IMG/VR virus record: IMGVR_UViG_2891456851_000002
Location: 2,519-66,518 of that record
Source of the DNA: a virus
Taxonomy: Duplodnaviria > Caudoviricetes
DNA: 64,000 nt
Direction: 5' to 3' (one strand)
The translations under genes and the position numbers were made by a program. Below are positions 36,801 to 46,840 of this stretch, piece by piece (position 1 is the first letter of the stretch; every line of letters starts with the position of its first letter). Below the pieces are notes generated by a model. That model was not told the DNA's origin. It saw nothing but the letters and a program-made list of their open reading frames with translations, and searched no databases.

Positions 36801-39800
36801 GTGGCGGCAACCATGGTGCGTGACCTGCGGGCCAACCTGTCCCTGGGAATGTCCGATGAGGAGTTCCAGCGGGGCATGGACGGCCTGAAGCGGTCCGCGC
36901 CCCGCGATGGGGAGCAGATCGCCGGCGCGTTCTCTAAGGCCTTCTCCCGGCAGCTGGGGGCGGCGTTCCGCAGTCTGCCGCAGGCCGAGATCACCGCCGA
37001 CTCATCCGATGCCGAGATCAAGGTCAACGCCCTGCGGTCGAGCCTGCGTGAGCTGGCGAACAAGCGGATCGGGATCGACATCGACAGTGCGTCGGCACTG
37101 GGGGAGATGCGGGCCATCCGCTCCGAGTTGGAGGGTCTGCAGCAGACCGGGGACATCGCCGTGCGGGCCGACGTCACGCGGGCGTTGGCTGCGCTGAACT
37201 CCGTCGAGCGTGAGGTTGAGAAGCTCGACCGGCAGGACGTCGATATTGACGTGGACGTGGACGGCGCCGCAGCGGCGGTCACCCAGGTCGGTCTTCTGGA
37301 AAAGGCCCTGTCGTCGGTCGCGTCGGTCGGCCCGGCCCGCATGGCAGCCGTCGCCGGGGCGATCAGCCTGCTGCCGATCGCGGGGTCGGCCGCCGCCGGG
37401 GCGATCGTGACCGTGCTGGGTGGCGCGCTGGCCGCGGTCGGCTTGGCCGCCTCGCGGGGGTCGGAGACCGCGCAGGCCGCGCTGGAGCGCCTGCGGCAGG
37501 CGGCCGAGACCGAGGCGGCCCGGACGGGTCAGCCGTTCGAGAAGGTCTGGGTCACGATCGCCGACGAGGCTGAGCGGCAGCTCGGCAGGTTCGGCCCGAT
37601 CGTCCGGCGCAATCTTGAGCAGCTCGCGCCCACCGTGCAGAGCTTCGTGCGGGACGCCGGGGAGTCCCTGGGTGAGCTGGAGCCCGCGCTCGACGGCATC
37701 GCGCGGGCTTTCGCCGCCGTGCTGGCTGATCTTGGCCCGGCCATGCCGGAGATCATGGGCCATCTGGCTGCCGCGATCACCGAAGTGACCTCCGCGGTCG
37801 AGGAGAACCCCGAGGCGATCACGGAGATGGTCAACGCCCTGGCGACGCTGGTCGAGTGGGGCGGCAAGGTCCTCGGCTTCTTGACCCGGCTCAAGGGCTC
37901 CATCGACGACAACGCCGCCGTGTTCCACGTTCTGGCGAACGCTGTCCTGCCCGGGTCGACCGCCCTGTATGCGCTGGTGGACGGGCTCGGCAAGACCGAG
38001 AAGGCCGCGACCACGTCAGCGCAGGCGACGCAGGCCGCCGCGGTGGTCGCCGACCAGACGTCGTCGTCCCTGGCGTCCCTGGCCGCGGCGTACGGCCTGG
38101 CCGGTGACGACAGTGTCGCGGCGGCCCAGAAGATGCTGGACGCCTGGTCGAGCGCTTACAGCGCGTTCGGGAACCTCGGCGGCGCGCTCCAGACCATCGA
38201 GCAGCGCACCCGGGCGAGCACGGGCGGCACCAACCGGCAGGCGCAGGCATCCGAGCGGCTGGCGGAGGTGCAACGGCAGGCCGCGGAGAAGATCCAGCGG
38301 GCGGAGCGTGACGTCGCCGACGCCTCCGAGCGGGCCACCGAACGCGTCGCGCAGGCCAAAAGGCAGCTGTCCGACGCGCACGAGCGGGCCGCTGAGCAGG
38401 TGGCGACCGCCCAAGAGCGGGTTGCCGACGCCCAGGAAGCGGTGTCTGAGGCGGTCGAGCAGGCGGCGCAGCGAGAGGCCGACGCCGTGGCGCGGGTCGA
38501 GGAGGCCCGCGAGCGGGCAGCCCAGGCAGCCGAGGATGCCGGCCGGAAGATCGCACAGGCTGAGCAGCGGGTAGCCGACGCCCAGGAGGACGCCGCCGAC
38601 CGCGTGGCGGACGCCGAGCAGCGGGTCGCGGACGCCCAGGAGGACGCCGCCGACCGCGTGGTCGACGCCGAGCGGCGGCTGCAGGACTCCCACGCCCGGA
38701 CCGCGGATGCCGTCGAAGACCTGACCCGGGCGCGGGAGCAGGCCGCGGAGCGGCTGGAAGACCTGCAGCGGCAAACAGCCGGCATCGAACTGGACGAGGA
38801 GTCGGCGCAGCTGGCCATCGAGCGGGCCCGCCTGCGTATGCAGGAGGTCAACGCCGACCCGAAGGCAACAGACCTGGACCGCCGGGAAGCCGATTTGGCG
38901 TACCGGCAGGCGCTGCAGCGGCTCGACGACGTCCGCCAGCGCAACGCCGACCTGCGGGAGGAACTCGCCGACGCCCAGCGCGCCGGCATCGAGGGCAGCG
39001 ACGAGGTCATCCAGGCCAAGGAGCGCATCGCCCAGGCGCAGCAGGAGGAGCAGGACGCCGAGCTTGCCCTGGCCAAGGCCCGGGAGGACGCTGCCAAGCA
39101 GGTCGCGCAGGCGGAGCAGGGCCTGGCCGACGCCCGCAAGGATGCCGCCCGCCAGGTCGCAGCGGCCGAGCAGGGCCTGGCCGACGCCCGCAAGGATGCC
39201 GCCCGCCAGCAGCAGGACGCCGAGCGGGAGCTGGCCAGGGCTGAGGCGGAGGTTGACCAGGCGCGGATCGCCGGTGCGAAGGACGTGCAGAAGGCGAAGG
39301 AGGACCTCGCGAAGGCGGAGACGGACGCGGCGAAGACCGCCCGGGACGCTGCCCGTGACGTCGCCGACGCCGAGGAGGCCCTGCGGAAGACCAAGAAGGA
39401 CGTCGCCCGGGACATCCAAGACGCCGAGGCCGCGCTGACGAAGGCCAGGCAGGACGCGGCCCGCGACGTGATGAAAGCCAACTCCGACGTCGCCGGGTCC
39501 TGGTCGTCCATGGGCGGCACCGTCAAGGTGACCACGCAGGAGTACCTCGCCGAGCTGGAAAAGCAGGTCAAGGCGCAGGAGGACTGGGCGTCCAACCTCA
39601 TCTCGCTGGCGGGGCGGGTGCCGGACGAGATGCTGAAGGAGCTCGCCGAGCTCGGGCCGGGCGGCGCCCAGATTGTCGAGCTGGCGACGCAGATGTCGGA
39701 CGCGGAGCTGCGCAAGTTCATCGACTTGCACGGGCGGTCCGGCAAGGAGGCGGGCGACACCTTCGCGAAGAACCTCGCGGAGGCGGGCCCGGTGCTGCGG

Positions 39801-40436
39801 GAGATCGCCCGCCAGCGCGGCGAGGAGGTGGCCGACAAGGTCCGCGAGGGCATGAACAACGGTGCCACCAGCGTGTACGAGGCGGCCCGGCGGATCGGTC
39901 TGCGAATCACGCAGGAGGTCGGCCCCGAGCACAAGATCCGCATCACGGCGGACGCCGCCCCGGCGTACGGCGTGCTCAACCAGCTGCTGCACGACATCGG
40001 CCTGTCCAGCGCCAACGTGTCCGTGGGCGTGCTGCAGAACGCCAACGGCAACATCCTTATGGCGAACGGCGGCGTCCTGTCATTCGCCGGGGGCGCCGAA
40101 CAGCACATCGCGCAGATCGCCGGGCCCGGAACACGCATCTGGGCCGAGCCCGAGACGCAGGGTGAGGCTTACATTCCGCTCGCGCCGAGTAAGCGGGCGC
40201 GTAGCGAGGAGATCCTGTCCAAGGTCGCCGACATGTTCGGCGGGGCGTTCGTCAAGGCGGCACCCGCTGGCGGGATGCCTGTGGCCGGCGGCGACGGCGC
40301 GACCACGGGCGGCGGCATCAGCATCGGCCAGATCACGCTCGCCTTCGCCGACGACCGCGACATGTACACGAAGGGCGCCGAGTTCGCCGCAGGCCTGCGC
40401 GAGTACGCCCGCCGTGGCGGTGTGCTCCCTCGATGA
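36801..40436 (+). CDS. Tape measure protein
   Basis: 1211 aa, Ala-rich helical, with 18-aa coiled-coil repeats; C-terminal ANGG...WAEPETQGEAYIPL. Confidence 0.9.
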   Translation: MAATMVRDLRANLSLGMSDEEFQRGMDGLKRSAPRDGEQIAGAFSKAFSRQLGAAFRSLPQAEITADSSDAEIKVNALRSSLRELANKRIGIDIDSASALGEMRAIRSELEGLQQTGDIAVRADVTRALAALNSVEREVEKLDRQDVDIDVDVDGAAAAVTQVGLLEKALSSVASVGPARMAAVAGAISLLPIAGSAAAGAIVTVLGGALAAVGLAASRGSETAQAALERLRQAAETEAARTGQPFEKVWVTIADEAERQLGRFGPIVRRNLEQLAPTVQSFVRDAGESLGELEPALDGIARAFAAVLADLGPAMPEIMGHLAAAITEVTSAVEENPEAITEMVNALATLVEWGGKVLGFLTRLKGSIDDNAAVFHVLANAVLPGSTALYALVDGLGKTEKAATTSAQATQAAAVVADQTSSSLASLAAAYGLAGDDSVAAAQKMLDAWSSAYSAFGNLGGALQTIEQRTRASTGGTNRQAQASERLAEVQRQAAEKIQRAERDVADASERATERVAQAKRQLSDAHERAAEQVATAQERVADAQEAVSEAVEQAAQREADAVARVEEARERAAQAAEDAGRKIAQAEQRVADAQEDAADRVADAEQRVADAQEDAADRVVDAERRLQDSHARTADAVEDLTRAREQAAERLEDLQRQTAGIELDEESAQLAIERARLRMQEVNADPKATDLDRREADLAYRQALQRLDDVRQRNADLREELADAQRAGIEGSDEVIQAKERIAQAQQEEQDAELALAKAREDAAKQVAQAEQGLADARKDAARQVAAAEQGLADARKDAARQQQDAERELARAEAEVDQARIAGAKDVQKAKEDLAKAETDAAKTARDAARDVADAEEALRKTKKDVARDIQDAEAALTKARQDAARDVMKANSDVAGSWSSMGGTVKVTTQEYLAELEKQVKAQEDWASNLISLAGRVPDEMLKELAELGPGGAQIVELATQMSDAELRKFIDLHGRSGKEAGDTFAKNLAEAGPVLREIARQRGEEVADKVREGMNNGATSVYEAARRIGLRITQEVGPEHKIRITADAAPAYGVLNQLLHDIGLSSANVSVGVLQNANGNILMANGGVLSFAGGAEQHIAQIAGPGTRIWAEPETQGEAYIPLAPSKRARSEEILSKVADMFGGAFVKAAPAGGMPVAGGDGATTGGGISIGQITLAFADDRDMYTKGAEFAAGLREYARRGGVLPR

Positions 40437-40458
40437 GGTGGAACGGGGTGATGGTCTG

Positions 40459-41649
40459 ATGCCCTTGCCGACGATCATCGCGGAGGTCCAGTTCACATCG
40501 GGCGTTTGGACGGACGTGTCGCAGTGGCTGCAGGCGCCCGCGACCGTACGGCGCGGTAGCAGCCGGGTGGAGTCGCCAGTCATCCGGTACGAGCCGGGGA
40601 CCGCGACGATCCGCTTAAAGAACGGCGACCGCCGTTTCGACCCGACGAACACGGCCGGGCCGTACGTGTCCGGCGGCGTGTCCCAGGTGACGGCGATGCG
40701 CCCGCTCCGGATCCGCGCCCAGTATGGCGGCGACACCTACAGCCTGTTCCGCGGGTTCGTCGATCTGTGGGATGTGAGCTGGATCGCCACGGTCCATAGC
40801 GTGGTGACGGTCACCGCAACGGATGGATTCAAGGTCCTCGCGAACAAACGCCGGGTCGCCGTAGACCCGCCAGTCGGGGCGGGCGAGACCACCGGCGCGA
40901 GGATCAACCGCATCCTCGACTCGGCTGGCTGGCCGTCCGGTGACCGGAGCATCGCGACAGGCAACTCGACGGTGCAGGCGACCGATCTGTCCGGCGATGC
41001 GCTGTCGGAGTTGCAGCGCGTCGCCGAGAGCGAGATCGGCGAGCTGTATATGAGCGGGTCAGGCCAGGTCGTGTTCCGGAACAGGCACGGCATCCTGCAG
41101 GATTTCCGATCCACCAACGTCATCGTGACCTTGGGCCAATCGACGACCGCACCGGCCCCGTTCGAGGTGCGGTTGAACACCGACGACGCGACCTTGTGGA
41201 ACGAGGTCATCGCGCAGCGGGCTGGCGGCGAAGAGAGAACGGCAGGCGACTCGGCGAGCCAGACCAAGAACACGACGCGCACGTATCAGCGGTCCGACCT
41301 GATGTTGGAGTCAGACGTTGATGTCGGCAACTGGGCGCAGTGGGTGCTGTACATCTCGAAGGATCCGGAAACGCGGTTCGACGAGATCAAGATCCACGTT
41401 CATGCGGACCCGGACACCCTCGTTCAGCCGGCGCTGGCGCGGGGTATCGGCGACCGGATCCAGATCTGGCGGCGCCCGCCCGGCGGCGGGTCCCCCATCG
41501 TGCGGGACTGCTTCATCCGCGGCATCTACCACGAGATCGGGCAGGCGACCTGGGTCACCACGTGGAGCCTTCAGAGCGCGACCCGCTACATCTCGAACTT
41601 CTTCGTGCTCGGCAGCGGGGTCTTGAACAGCGACATCGTGTCGTACTGA
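40459..41649 (+). CDS. Minor tail/baseplate hub protein
   Basis: WTDVSQW...RRG...EPGTATIRLKN.DRRFDP...LFRGFVD. Confidence 0.75.
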   Translation: MPLPTIIAEVQFTSGVWTDVSQWLQAPATVRRGSSRVESPVIRYEPGTATIRLKNGDRRFDPTNTAGPYVSGGVSQVTAMRPLRIRAQYGGDTYSLFRGFVDLWDVSWIATVHSVVTVTATDGFKVLANKRRVAVDPPVGAGETTGARINRILDSAGWPSGDRSIATGNSTVQATDLSGDALSELQRVAESEIGELYMSGSGQVVFRNRHGILQDFRSTNVIVTLGQSTTAPAPFEVRLNTDDATLWNEVIAQRAGGEERTAGDSASQTKNTTRTYQRSDLMLESDVDVGNWAQWVLYISKDPETRFDEIKIHVHADPDTLVQPALARGIGDRIQIWRRPPGGGSPIVRDCFIRGIYHEIGQATWVTTWSLQSATRYISNFFVLGSGVLNSDIVSY

Positions 41650-41661
41650 GGGGGTGCGCTG

Positions 41662-42327
41662 GTGCCGTTCAAGGACTGGGGTCTTGAGGTACTCACCTCA
41701 GCCGACGTGAACACCTACCTGATGCAGCAGGTCATCATCCGGTGTACGTCCACCACCCGGCCGGGTAGCCCGGCCGAGGGCTGGCACATTTATGAGACCG
41801 ACACCAGGCGTTTCCTGGTCTACAAGTCGGGGTCGTGGGTGCGGGAGGGCGAGCAGGAGCTGTACGCGGTCAAGACGTCTGACGAGTCGTACTCGTCGAC
41901 GTCGATGCACAACGACGCGCATTTGGTCCTGCCGGTCGCGGCGAACAGGACGTACTGGATGGACCTGCTGCTGATGGGCAGCGGCACACTCTCCGGGCAC
42001 AACTTGGTCGCCAGGTGGTCGGTCCCGTCCGGGTCGACCATGTTGTGGGCGAGCAACCACCCGGCCCTGAACGACCCGGGCGTGACCAGCACAAGCGGCA
42101 ACAACGTCAACAAGCGGGTGTGCGACGCGGGCACCGAGATCAACATCCGTGTGAGCGTCGGCGGCGGGCACGGCACGACGAACGCGGTCTACACGACGCG
42201 GGCGCGGGGGATCCTCAAGACCGGCAGTACGACCGGCAACCTCCAGTTGCAGTGGCGATGCGGTAGCGGGACGACGGCGACCGTGCATGAGCTGTCCACG
42301 CTGCGCCTCCAGGCAATCCAGGGATGA
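41662..42327 (+). CDS. Minor tail protein, paralog 1
   Basis: Shared N-terminus LTSADVNTYLMQQVIIRCTSTTRP...EGWHIYETDT. Confidence 0.75.
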   Translation: MPFKDWGLEVLTSADVNTYLMQQVIIRCTSTTRPGSPAEGWHIYETDTRRFLVYKSGSWVREGEQELYAVKTSDESYSSTSMHNDAHLVLPVAANRTYWMDLLLMGSGTLSGHNLVARWSVPSGSTMLWASNHPALNDPGVTSTSGNNVNKRVCDAGTEINIRVSVGGGHGTTNAVYTTRARGILKTGSTTGNLQLQWRCGSGTTATVHELSTLRLQAIQG

Positions 42328-42335
42328 GGTGACAG

Positions 42336-43076
42336 GTGCCGTTCAAGACGTTCGGGAGCGCCACACTCACCGCTTCTGATGTGCAGACCTACCTCATGGA
42401 CCAGTGCGTCATCCGATGCACGTCCACGAGCCGCCCGCCCAGCCCTAGCGAGGGCTGGCACATCTACGAAACCGACACCGGCCGGCGCATGGTGTACACG
42501 GGCGGGTCGTGGCGGCCGGAGGGCATCTACGAGCGGCTCAAGGTCAAGCCCGAGACCACCGCAATCTCTGGCTGGTTCACCCCTGTCTACGACGCGCACC
42601 TGCGCTTCGACCTTGAAGCCAACAGCACCTACTGGCTTGAGGGCTTCCTCATGTTTCAGCAGTCCGGGGAAACTCCCGCGAACAACACCCAATGGACCTC
42701 GCTGGGATGGACCTTCCCCGACGCGGCGTGGAAAACCCGCACCTGCTGGAACGCGCCGATGGGCGACCCCTCGGGAACCTCCGCGGACACGAGGGTCCGG
42801 CTGGGCACATATGCGTTCCCGGAGGCGTGGAAATACTCGGTCGGCAAGCGGGATATCGGCATCTCGGACTCCGACCCGAACAACTACATCAACTGCGGCC
42901 ATAACTTCTGCGCCTGGGCGGACGCGACCGGGGCCGTCTGCGAGCCCGAGGCGATGATCAAAACGACGACCGCCGGGACCTTGATCCTCACCTGGTCCGG
43001 TGGCTGGGGCGGCGCCAGCAACTTCAACCTGAGACTCCTGGCCAACTCCTGGTTACGCATCCGCAAGGCCGGCTGA
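42336..43076 (+). CDS. Minor tail protein, paralog 2
   Basis: LTASDVQTYLMDQCVIRCTSTSRP...EGWHIYETDT. Confidence 0.75.
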   Translation: MPFKTFGSATLTASDVQTYLMDQCVIRCTSTSRPPSPSEGWHIYETDTGRRMVYTGGSWRPEGIYERLKVKPETTAISGWFTPVYDAHLRFDLEANSTYWLEGFLMFQQSGETPANNTQWTSLGWTFPDAAWKTRTCWNAPMGDPSGTSADTRVRLGTYAFPEAWKYSVGKRDIGISDSDPNNYINCGHNFCAWADATGAVCEPEAMIKTTTAGTLILTWSGGWGGASNFNLRLLANSWLRIRKAG

Positions 43077-43077
43077 C

Positions 43078-43707
43078 GTGGGATACAAGACCTTCGCCAA
43101 CGGCGAGTTGTTCACCACGTCCGACCTGGACGCGCTGCTGATGAGCCAGGTCATCATCCGCTGCACCTCGACCACCCGGCCCCCGCAGCCGGCCGAGGGC
43201 TGGCACATCTACGAGACCGACACCCAGCGCCTGAAGATTTACCAGGGCGGGCAGTGGGTCGACGACATCGGGGCCGGTCAGGACCTCGTCGCTGTCAAAA
43301 GCTCCGACCAGTCCTTCTCCAGCACTTCAGACTCCGGAATCTCCGACCTGTCTGTGCCGGTCGCGGCGAACAGCCAGTACGTGCTGGAGTGCTTCTTGGG
43401 CGCCACCTGCGCCAACAGCGGGTCGTTCCTGGACTTCGACTTCGTCATCCCGTCCAACGCGAACGTCTACTTGGTGACGAATCACTCCGCGAGCGATGAG
43501 GGCCCAGTCAACAAGGCTGCGAGGCAGACCGGTGCGATCGCCATGTCGGCCTGGGTCCAGTCCAGCGGGTCCGTGGTTCAGATCCGCGGGTTTCTCCAAG
43601 TCGGGGCGAATTCGGGCAACTTCTCGGTGAACGTCCGTACGAACACTTCGGGGCAGACCATCACGATCAAGGCGTTGTCCGCGATCCGCCTGCGCAAGGT
43701 CATCTGA
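43078..43707 (+). CDS. Minor tail protein, paralog 3
   Basis: FTTSDLDALLMSQVIIRCTSTTRP...EGWHIYETDT. Confidence 0.75.
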   Translation: MGYKTFANGELFTTSDLDALLMSQVIIRCTSTTRPPQPAEGWHIYETDTQRLKIYQGGQWVDDIGAGQDLVAVKSSDQSFSSTSDSGISDLSVPVAANSQYVLECFLGATCANSGSFLDFDFVIPSNANVYLVTNHSASDEGPVNKAARQTGAIAMSAWVQSSGSVVQIRGFLQVGANSGNFSVNVRTNTSGQTITIKALSAIRLRKVI

Positions 43708-43756
43708 CCGCCGCTCCGCGGAGCGTGCCGCCCACAACACAACTGAAGAGGCCCCG

Positions 43757-44194
43757 ATGCGCCGTTTCCTGCCGCTCGCCGACCACCCGTTCGAGCTGCT
43801 GTTCGGCGTCATCGCCCTGCTCGGGGGTGTGGCGCTGGTCGCCGCGGGGGCGGCCCCGGCCAGCATCAACGCCACCCTGCCCGTGCTCGTGGTCAAGGCG
43901 TGGGGGCTCGTCCAGGCAGGCGCGGGGGCGCTCATCGTCTCCGGGATCATCACCCGGTATTGGCGCCCGGCCCTGCTGCTGGTCGGGCTGCGCCTGGAAC
44001 GGGCCGGGCTGTGGCCCCTCGCCGCGGCGTGCGCCGTGTACGGGGTGGTCGCGGTCGTCCACGCTGGGCCGAGAGCCATGTACCCGGGGGGTGTCCTGAT
44101 GGTGATCGCCGCGGCGTGTGTGGCCCGCGCCCGAGCTGTCTCCCGGCTGGAGGCGACGATCCGTAAATACGTGGGGGGGTCGGGTGGCGAGTGA
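43757..44194 (+). CDS. Multi-pass membrane protein (lysis region)
   Basis: About four hydrophobic helices. Confidence 0.7.
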   Translation: MRRFLPLADHPFELLFGVIALLGGVALVAAGAAPASINATLPVLVVKAWGLVQAGAGALIVSGIITRYWRPALLLVGLRLERAGLWPLAAACAVYGVVAVVHAGPRAMYPGGVLMVIAAACVARARAVSRLEATIRKYVGGSGGE

Positions 44195-44579
44195 GTGGCT
44201 GACGCCGGCGGTTGTGGCGTTGCTCGCGGGCGGGGTGGGGTCCGCGGTGACGACTGTCGTGCGGGCGCGTGTGGACTGGCGCAGGTCCCGGCTTGAGGAG
44301 GAGCGTGCCCCGGTCGAGTTGGAGAGCGTCTTCATTGGCGGCGCCGAGAAGGCCGTGCAGGCGCTGCAGGTGGCGTTGGACCGGGCGGAGTCCACGATCA
44401 GCCGGTTGGAGCGGTCGCTGTCGGAGCGTGACGAGAAGCTGCAGGAACGCGACCGGAAGATCGCCGAACTGGAGCAGGACCTGACGAACACTCTGGCCCG
44501 TCTCGCGAGGTTGCAGGAGCGGTGCGAGCAGTTAACGGCCAGGCTCGCCGACCTACGAGCCGACGACAGACCAATGTAG
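44184..44579 (+). CDS. Membrane-anchored coiled-coil protein (lysis accessory)
   Basis: N-terminal TM segment followed by heptads. Confidence 0.65.
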   Translation: MASEWLTPAVVALLAGGVGSAVTTVVRARVDWRRSRLEEERAPVELESVFIGGAEKAVQALQVALDRAESTISRLERSLSERDEKLQERDRKIAELEQDLTNTLARLARLQERCEQLTARLADLRADDRPM

Positions 44580-44587
44580 GGGGACCG

Positions 44588-45592
44588 TTGAAGGACATCC
44601 GAGCCGCGAAGCACGGCGGCACACAGAACAGCGTGACCCGCATCGTCATCCACGGCACCGTGTCCCCCTGCCAGCGGGGCGGCGCCGTCAACGTGGCCCA
44701 TTACTTCCAGACCCCCGGTGCCGGGGGTTCCGCCCACTACGTGGTGGACCCCGGCGAGGTCGTCCGCTGCCTGGCTGAGACCACAGTCGCGTATCACGCC
44801 CCCCCGAACACCGGGACGATCGGTGTGGAGCTGTGCGACCCGCAGAAGGGTGCCGCCTCCCGGTGGGGAGACGACGACCATGAGGCGATGCTGCGCCTCG
44901 CCGCGGACCTCGTACGGCGCATCGCCCAACGCTGGGACGTGCCCCTGCGCCGCCTCACGGTGGCGGACGTCAAGGCCGGCAAGCGCGGCATCTGCGGCCA
45001 CGTGGACGTGAGCAAGGCGTTCCACCAGTCCGACCACACCGACCCCGGGGACGCCTTCCCGTGGGGGCACTTCATGGCCCTGGTGTGCGGCGAAACCCCT
45101 AAGGCCGCCAAGCCCGCCCCGACACCCGCGAAGAGCGAACCGGAGGAGACCATGCCCGAGATCGTGTCCCTGGGCCTCGAAGACCACATCGTCGTGCCCG
45201 CGGGGGTGGACTACCAGCCGTGGTGGACCGCCGAGTGGAAGGACACCGCCGGGTGGCATCCCGCCGGCGGGCAGTCGATCGCGCCCACCGTGGATGTGTG
45301 GGCGGACCTGACCGCGCACGTCACTCTGACGGGGCTGGTGCCGGGGGAGGCGGTCCGTGTGGGGCTGACCCGGCACCTCGCGGACGGCACGGTGGTGGAC
45401 ATCGCCTGGCCGAACGGGCAGCTCTCGGTGGTGCATGCGGACGCTGACGGCCGGGCCGAGGTCGACCTGAACGGGCACGTCAAGCTGTCCGCAACGACCC
45501 GGGGCCGGGTCACGGTCCGGCACGACTCGGTGAACGAGGTCACGCTGGACCAGTCGAGCCTGTTCAAGGGCATCCTGCACCGCTACCAGTGA
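44588..45592 (+). CDS. Endolysin, N-acetylmuramoyl-L-alanine amidase (Amidase_2)
   Basis: RIVIHGT...SAHYVVD...AYHA...IGVELC...ICGH...HTDPG. Confidence 0.9.
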   Translation: MKDIRAAKHGGTQNSVTRIVIHGTVSPCQRGGAVNVAHYFQTPGAGGSAHYVVDPGEVVRCLAETTVAYHAPPNTGTIGVELCDPQKGAASRWGDDDHEAMLRLAADLVRRIAQRWDVPLRRLTVADVKAGKRGICGHVDVSKAFHQSDHTDPGDAFPWGHFMALVCGETPKAAKPAPTPAKSEPEETMPEIVSLGLEDHIVVPAGVDYQPWWTAEWKDTAGWHPAGGQSIAPTVDVWADLTAHVTLTGLVPGEAVRVGLTRHLADGTVVDIAWPNGQLSVVHADADGRAEVDLNGHVKLSATTRGRVTVRHDSVNEVTLDQSSLFKGILHRYQ

Positions 45593-45611
45593 CCGGAGCC
45601 GATCCGGCCAG

Positions 45612-45634
45612 GGGCGCCTTCGGGTGCCCTTTCT
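45612..45634 (+). terminator. Intrinsic terminator-like hairpin
   Basis: GGGCGCC-TTCG-GGTGCCC followed by TTT. Confidence 0.6.
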
Positions 45635-45660
45635 CATGTCCCCCTGACCGAGGAACCAAC

Positions 45661-46149
45661 GTGAAACGACTCGCTCTGATCGCCGCCGCCCTGCTGGCCG
45701 GCGTGCTCGGCTTCGCCGGGGTGGCGAACGCCGCCAACGAGCTGGAAATCACCCGCGTCAACTACAACGCGATGGGCGCCGACACCCTCGCCAACAGGTG
45801 GCAGGAAGCCATCTACCTGGAGAACCCCGCCACCACGGGCGACCCGCTGGACATCTCTGGGTGGACCGTCCACGACACGTACAAGAACGCCGAAGGCCAG
45901 TGGGGCAACGCCTACACCTTCCCCGCGGGTACCAAGGTCGCGCCGGGGGCGCTGGTCATCGTCACCCCGTCGAACGGCGTCGACAAGACCGCCCAGAACG
46001 CGACGCAGGTCTACTACATGGACTTCAAGCGGGGCTACAACGGCCACTTCCTGAACAACGGCGGCGACACCGTCTACGTCGACAACGCGAGCGGGGCGAA
46101 CGTCACCTCGTTCACGTACGACTTCGACAACGGCTACTACGTCCGCTGA
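45661..46149 (+). CDS. Secreted lamin-tail-domain (LTD) protein
   Basis: Signal peptide ending ANA; EAIYLEN...LDISGWTVHD...YTFPAGTKVAPG...LNNGGDTVY. Confidence 0.8.
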   Translation: MKRLALIAAALLAGVLGFAGVANAANELEITRVNYNAMGADTLANRWQEAIYLENPATTGDPLDISGWTVHDTYKNAEGQWGNAYTFPAGTKVAPGALVIVTPSNGVDKTAQNATQVYYMDFKRGYNGHFLNNGGDTVYVDNASGANVTSFTYDFDNGYYVR

Positions 46150-46197
46150 CCCCTGGTCTTCCCGCCACCGGAGCGGGTGTCCCTCAAGGAGAAACCC

Positions 46198-46437
46198 ATG
46201 CCCACCACCCGCGCGAAGTTCCGCTGCGTCTCCGTCGAGACCTTCCACGCCAACGACCCCGACGGGCAGCGCAACTACCGCTTCAGCGCCGAGTACGACA
46301 CGACCATCCCCGAAGACCAGCGGTACGCGAAGTACACGCCCATGGGCAACCTGTCGATCACCGTCACCAACCCGAACGTCAGCTTCGAGCCCGGCCAGTC
46401 GTACTACCTCGACTTCACCCCGGTCGACGCGGCCTGA
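46198..46437 (+). CDS. Conserved small phage protein
   Basis: TTRAKF...KYTPMGNLSITVTNP...YYLDFTP. Confidence 0.7.
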   Translation: MPTTRAKFRCVSVETFHANDPDGQRNYRFSAEYDTTIPEDQRYAKYTPMGNLSITVTNPNVSFEPGQSYYLDFTPVDAA

Positions 46438-46490
46438 CCCCTGAGCCTCCCGCCACCGGGGCGGGACCGTCCCCCAAGGAGGGGCACCAT

Positions 46491-46835
46491 ATGAAGATCT
46501 TCAATCGCGAACCGGCGGTCTGGGTGTACGCGGTGAACAGCCTCGTCGCCCTGCTCGTGGCGTTCGGCCTCAACCTGTCGCAGGAGCAGACCGGCGCCAT
46601 CACCACGATCGCGACCGGCGTCCTGGCCGCTGTCGTGGCGGTGCTGACGCGGCCGTTCGTCGTGTCCGCCCTGACCGGCGCCGTCGGCACGGTCCTGACG
46701 GCCGTCGCCGCGTTCGGGCTGGAGCTGTCGTCCGACCAGATCGGCGCGTTCGTCACCGCACTGGGTGTGGTGCTGTCGCTGGTCCTGCGGATGAACGTCA
46801 CACCGGCGGCGGACCCGGCGCCGGGCCGGGTGTGA
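46491..46835 (+). CDS. Holin
   Basis: REPAVW...LNLSQEQTGAI; duplicated TM pairs. Confidence 0.8.
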   Translation: MKIFNREPAVWVYAVNSLVALLVAFGLNLSQEQTGAITTIATGVLAAVVAVLTRPFVVSALTGAVGTVLTAVAAFGLELSSDQIGAFVTALGVVLSLVLRMNVTPAADPAPGRV

Positions 46836-46840
46836 GACGG

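Noticed and set aside
38570-39205. 54-bp direct repeats (about 38577/38631 and 39114/39168) as an array or regulatory repeat
   Set aside because: In-frame 18-aa coiled-coil repeats of the tape measure protein.
41662-43707. Diversity-generating retroelement behind the tail paralogs
   Set aside because: No reverse transcriptase and no TR/VR pair differing at adenines is visible in the window.
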